The notes below the pieces were generated by a model. It saw nothing but the letters and a program-made list of their open reading frames with translations, was not told where the DNA came from and made no database searches. From positions 1-25,110 of the forward strand of contig JAFYUA010000240.1 in NCBI GenBank assembly GCA_017549745.1: a stretch of DNA of 25,110 bases. Direction: 5' to 3'. How positions within the stretch are numbered: position 1 is the first letter of the stretch; each line of letters opens with the position of its first letter. This stretch comes from Clostridia bacterium. Lineage in GTDB: Bacteria; Bacillota; Clostridia; UMGS1810. Made by a program: the position numbers and the translations under genes. Below, piece after piece: positions 24,710 through 25,110 of this stretch.

Positions 24710-24729
24710 TTTTTTCACTCCAGAATTCA

Positions 24730-25110
24730 TTATCTGCCTGTGGCAGTAAGCATTACTATAGGTGTTTTGAGCATAATTTTCAAATCGTTTAAGTAGGTGC
24801 GGGTCTGTATGTATTCTATATCCATTTCTACCCACTGTTCAAACGGGACATCGTTTCTGTTTTTGTGAATCTGCCAGGTGCAGGTGATGCCGGGGGTAAC
24901 GAGAAGACGAAGTCTCTGATAGTCAGTATAGTACTGAACCTCTCTGGGCAGCGGCGGCCTTGGACCCACGAGGGTCATGTCGCCTTTGAGCACATTGAAA
25001 AACTGCATGAGCTCATCAAGAGAAACTTTTCTGAGGAACTTGCCCACTCTTGTGATGCGCGGGTCCTCTTTCATTTTGAACACGGGACCATCCATCTCAT
25101 TTTCTTTGGC
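24730..25110 (-). CDS. priming sugar transferase (bacterial sugar transferase family), C-terminal part; starts beyond the window end
   Basis: FKMKEDPRITRVGKFLRK-x-SLDEL-x-Q-x2-NVLKGDM-x-LVGPRP and PGITC-x-WQ motifs. Confidence 0.93.
   Translation of the reverse strand, partial: AKENEMDGPVFKMKEDPRITRVGKFLRKVSLDELMQFFNVLKGDMTLVGPRPPLPREVQYYTDYQRLRLLVTPGITCTWQIHKNRNDVPFEQWVEMDIEYIQTRTYLNDLKIMLKTPIVMLTATGR

Overview
A 25.1 kb bacterial window, probably from a Clostridia/Bacillota-type genome (inferred from GGAGG-type RBSs, murT and the EPS gene style). Every supported gene lies on the minus strand. There are three blocks. (1) About 11.3-25.1 kb: the distal part of a Wzy-type exopolysaccharide operon. 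It encodes a priming sugar transferase (partial), two GT4s, four GT2s, a Wzy/O-antigen-ligase-like protein, a metallophosphoesterase, two paralogous co-polymerase-like membrane proteins (one fused to a degenerate GGDEF domain) and a GGDEF-like/EAL protein. (2) About 8.5-11.3 kb: an AT-rich insert with three short genes (DUF7336-like protein, SGNH esterase, SASA acetylesterase) and an sdpI-family gene broken by an amber stop. It also carries a 34-bp direct repeat flanking the SGNH gene and a consensus promoter pointing antisense. (3) About 0.3-8.4 kb: a tightly coupled 7-gene module. In order: DUF4145/HEPN-like domain fused to a pseudokinase, an apparently active Ser/Thr kinase, a 49-aa micro-ORF, a Upf1/DNA2-like SF1 helicase with a very acidic tail, a winged-helix-like protein, a RanBP2-type Zn-finger membrane protein and a multi-pass membrane protein. 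The module runs directly into murT (partial, missed by the ORF track). Block 3 is the best candidate for an undescribed system: it resembles kinase/helicase anti-phage systems such as Mokosh type I but has a different, split architecture and no PLD nuclease. All domain calls are motif recognition by eye; no database searches were run.
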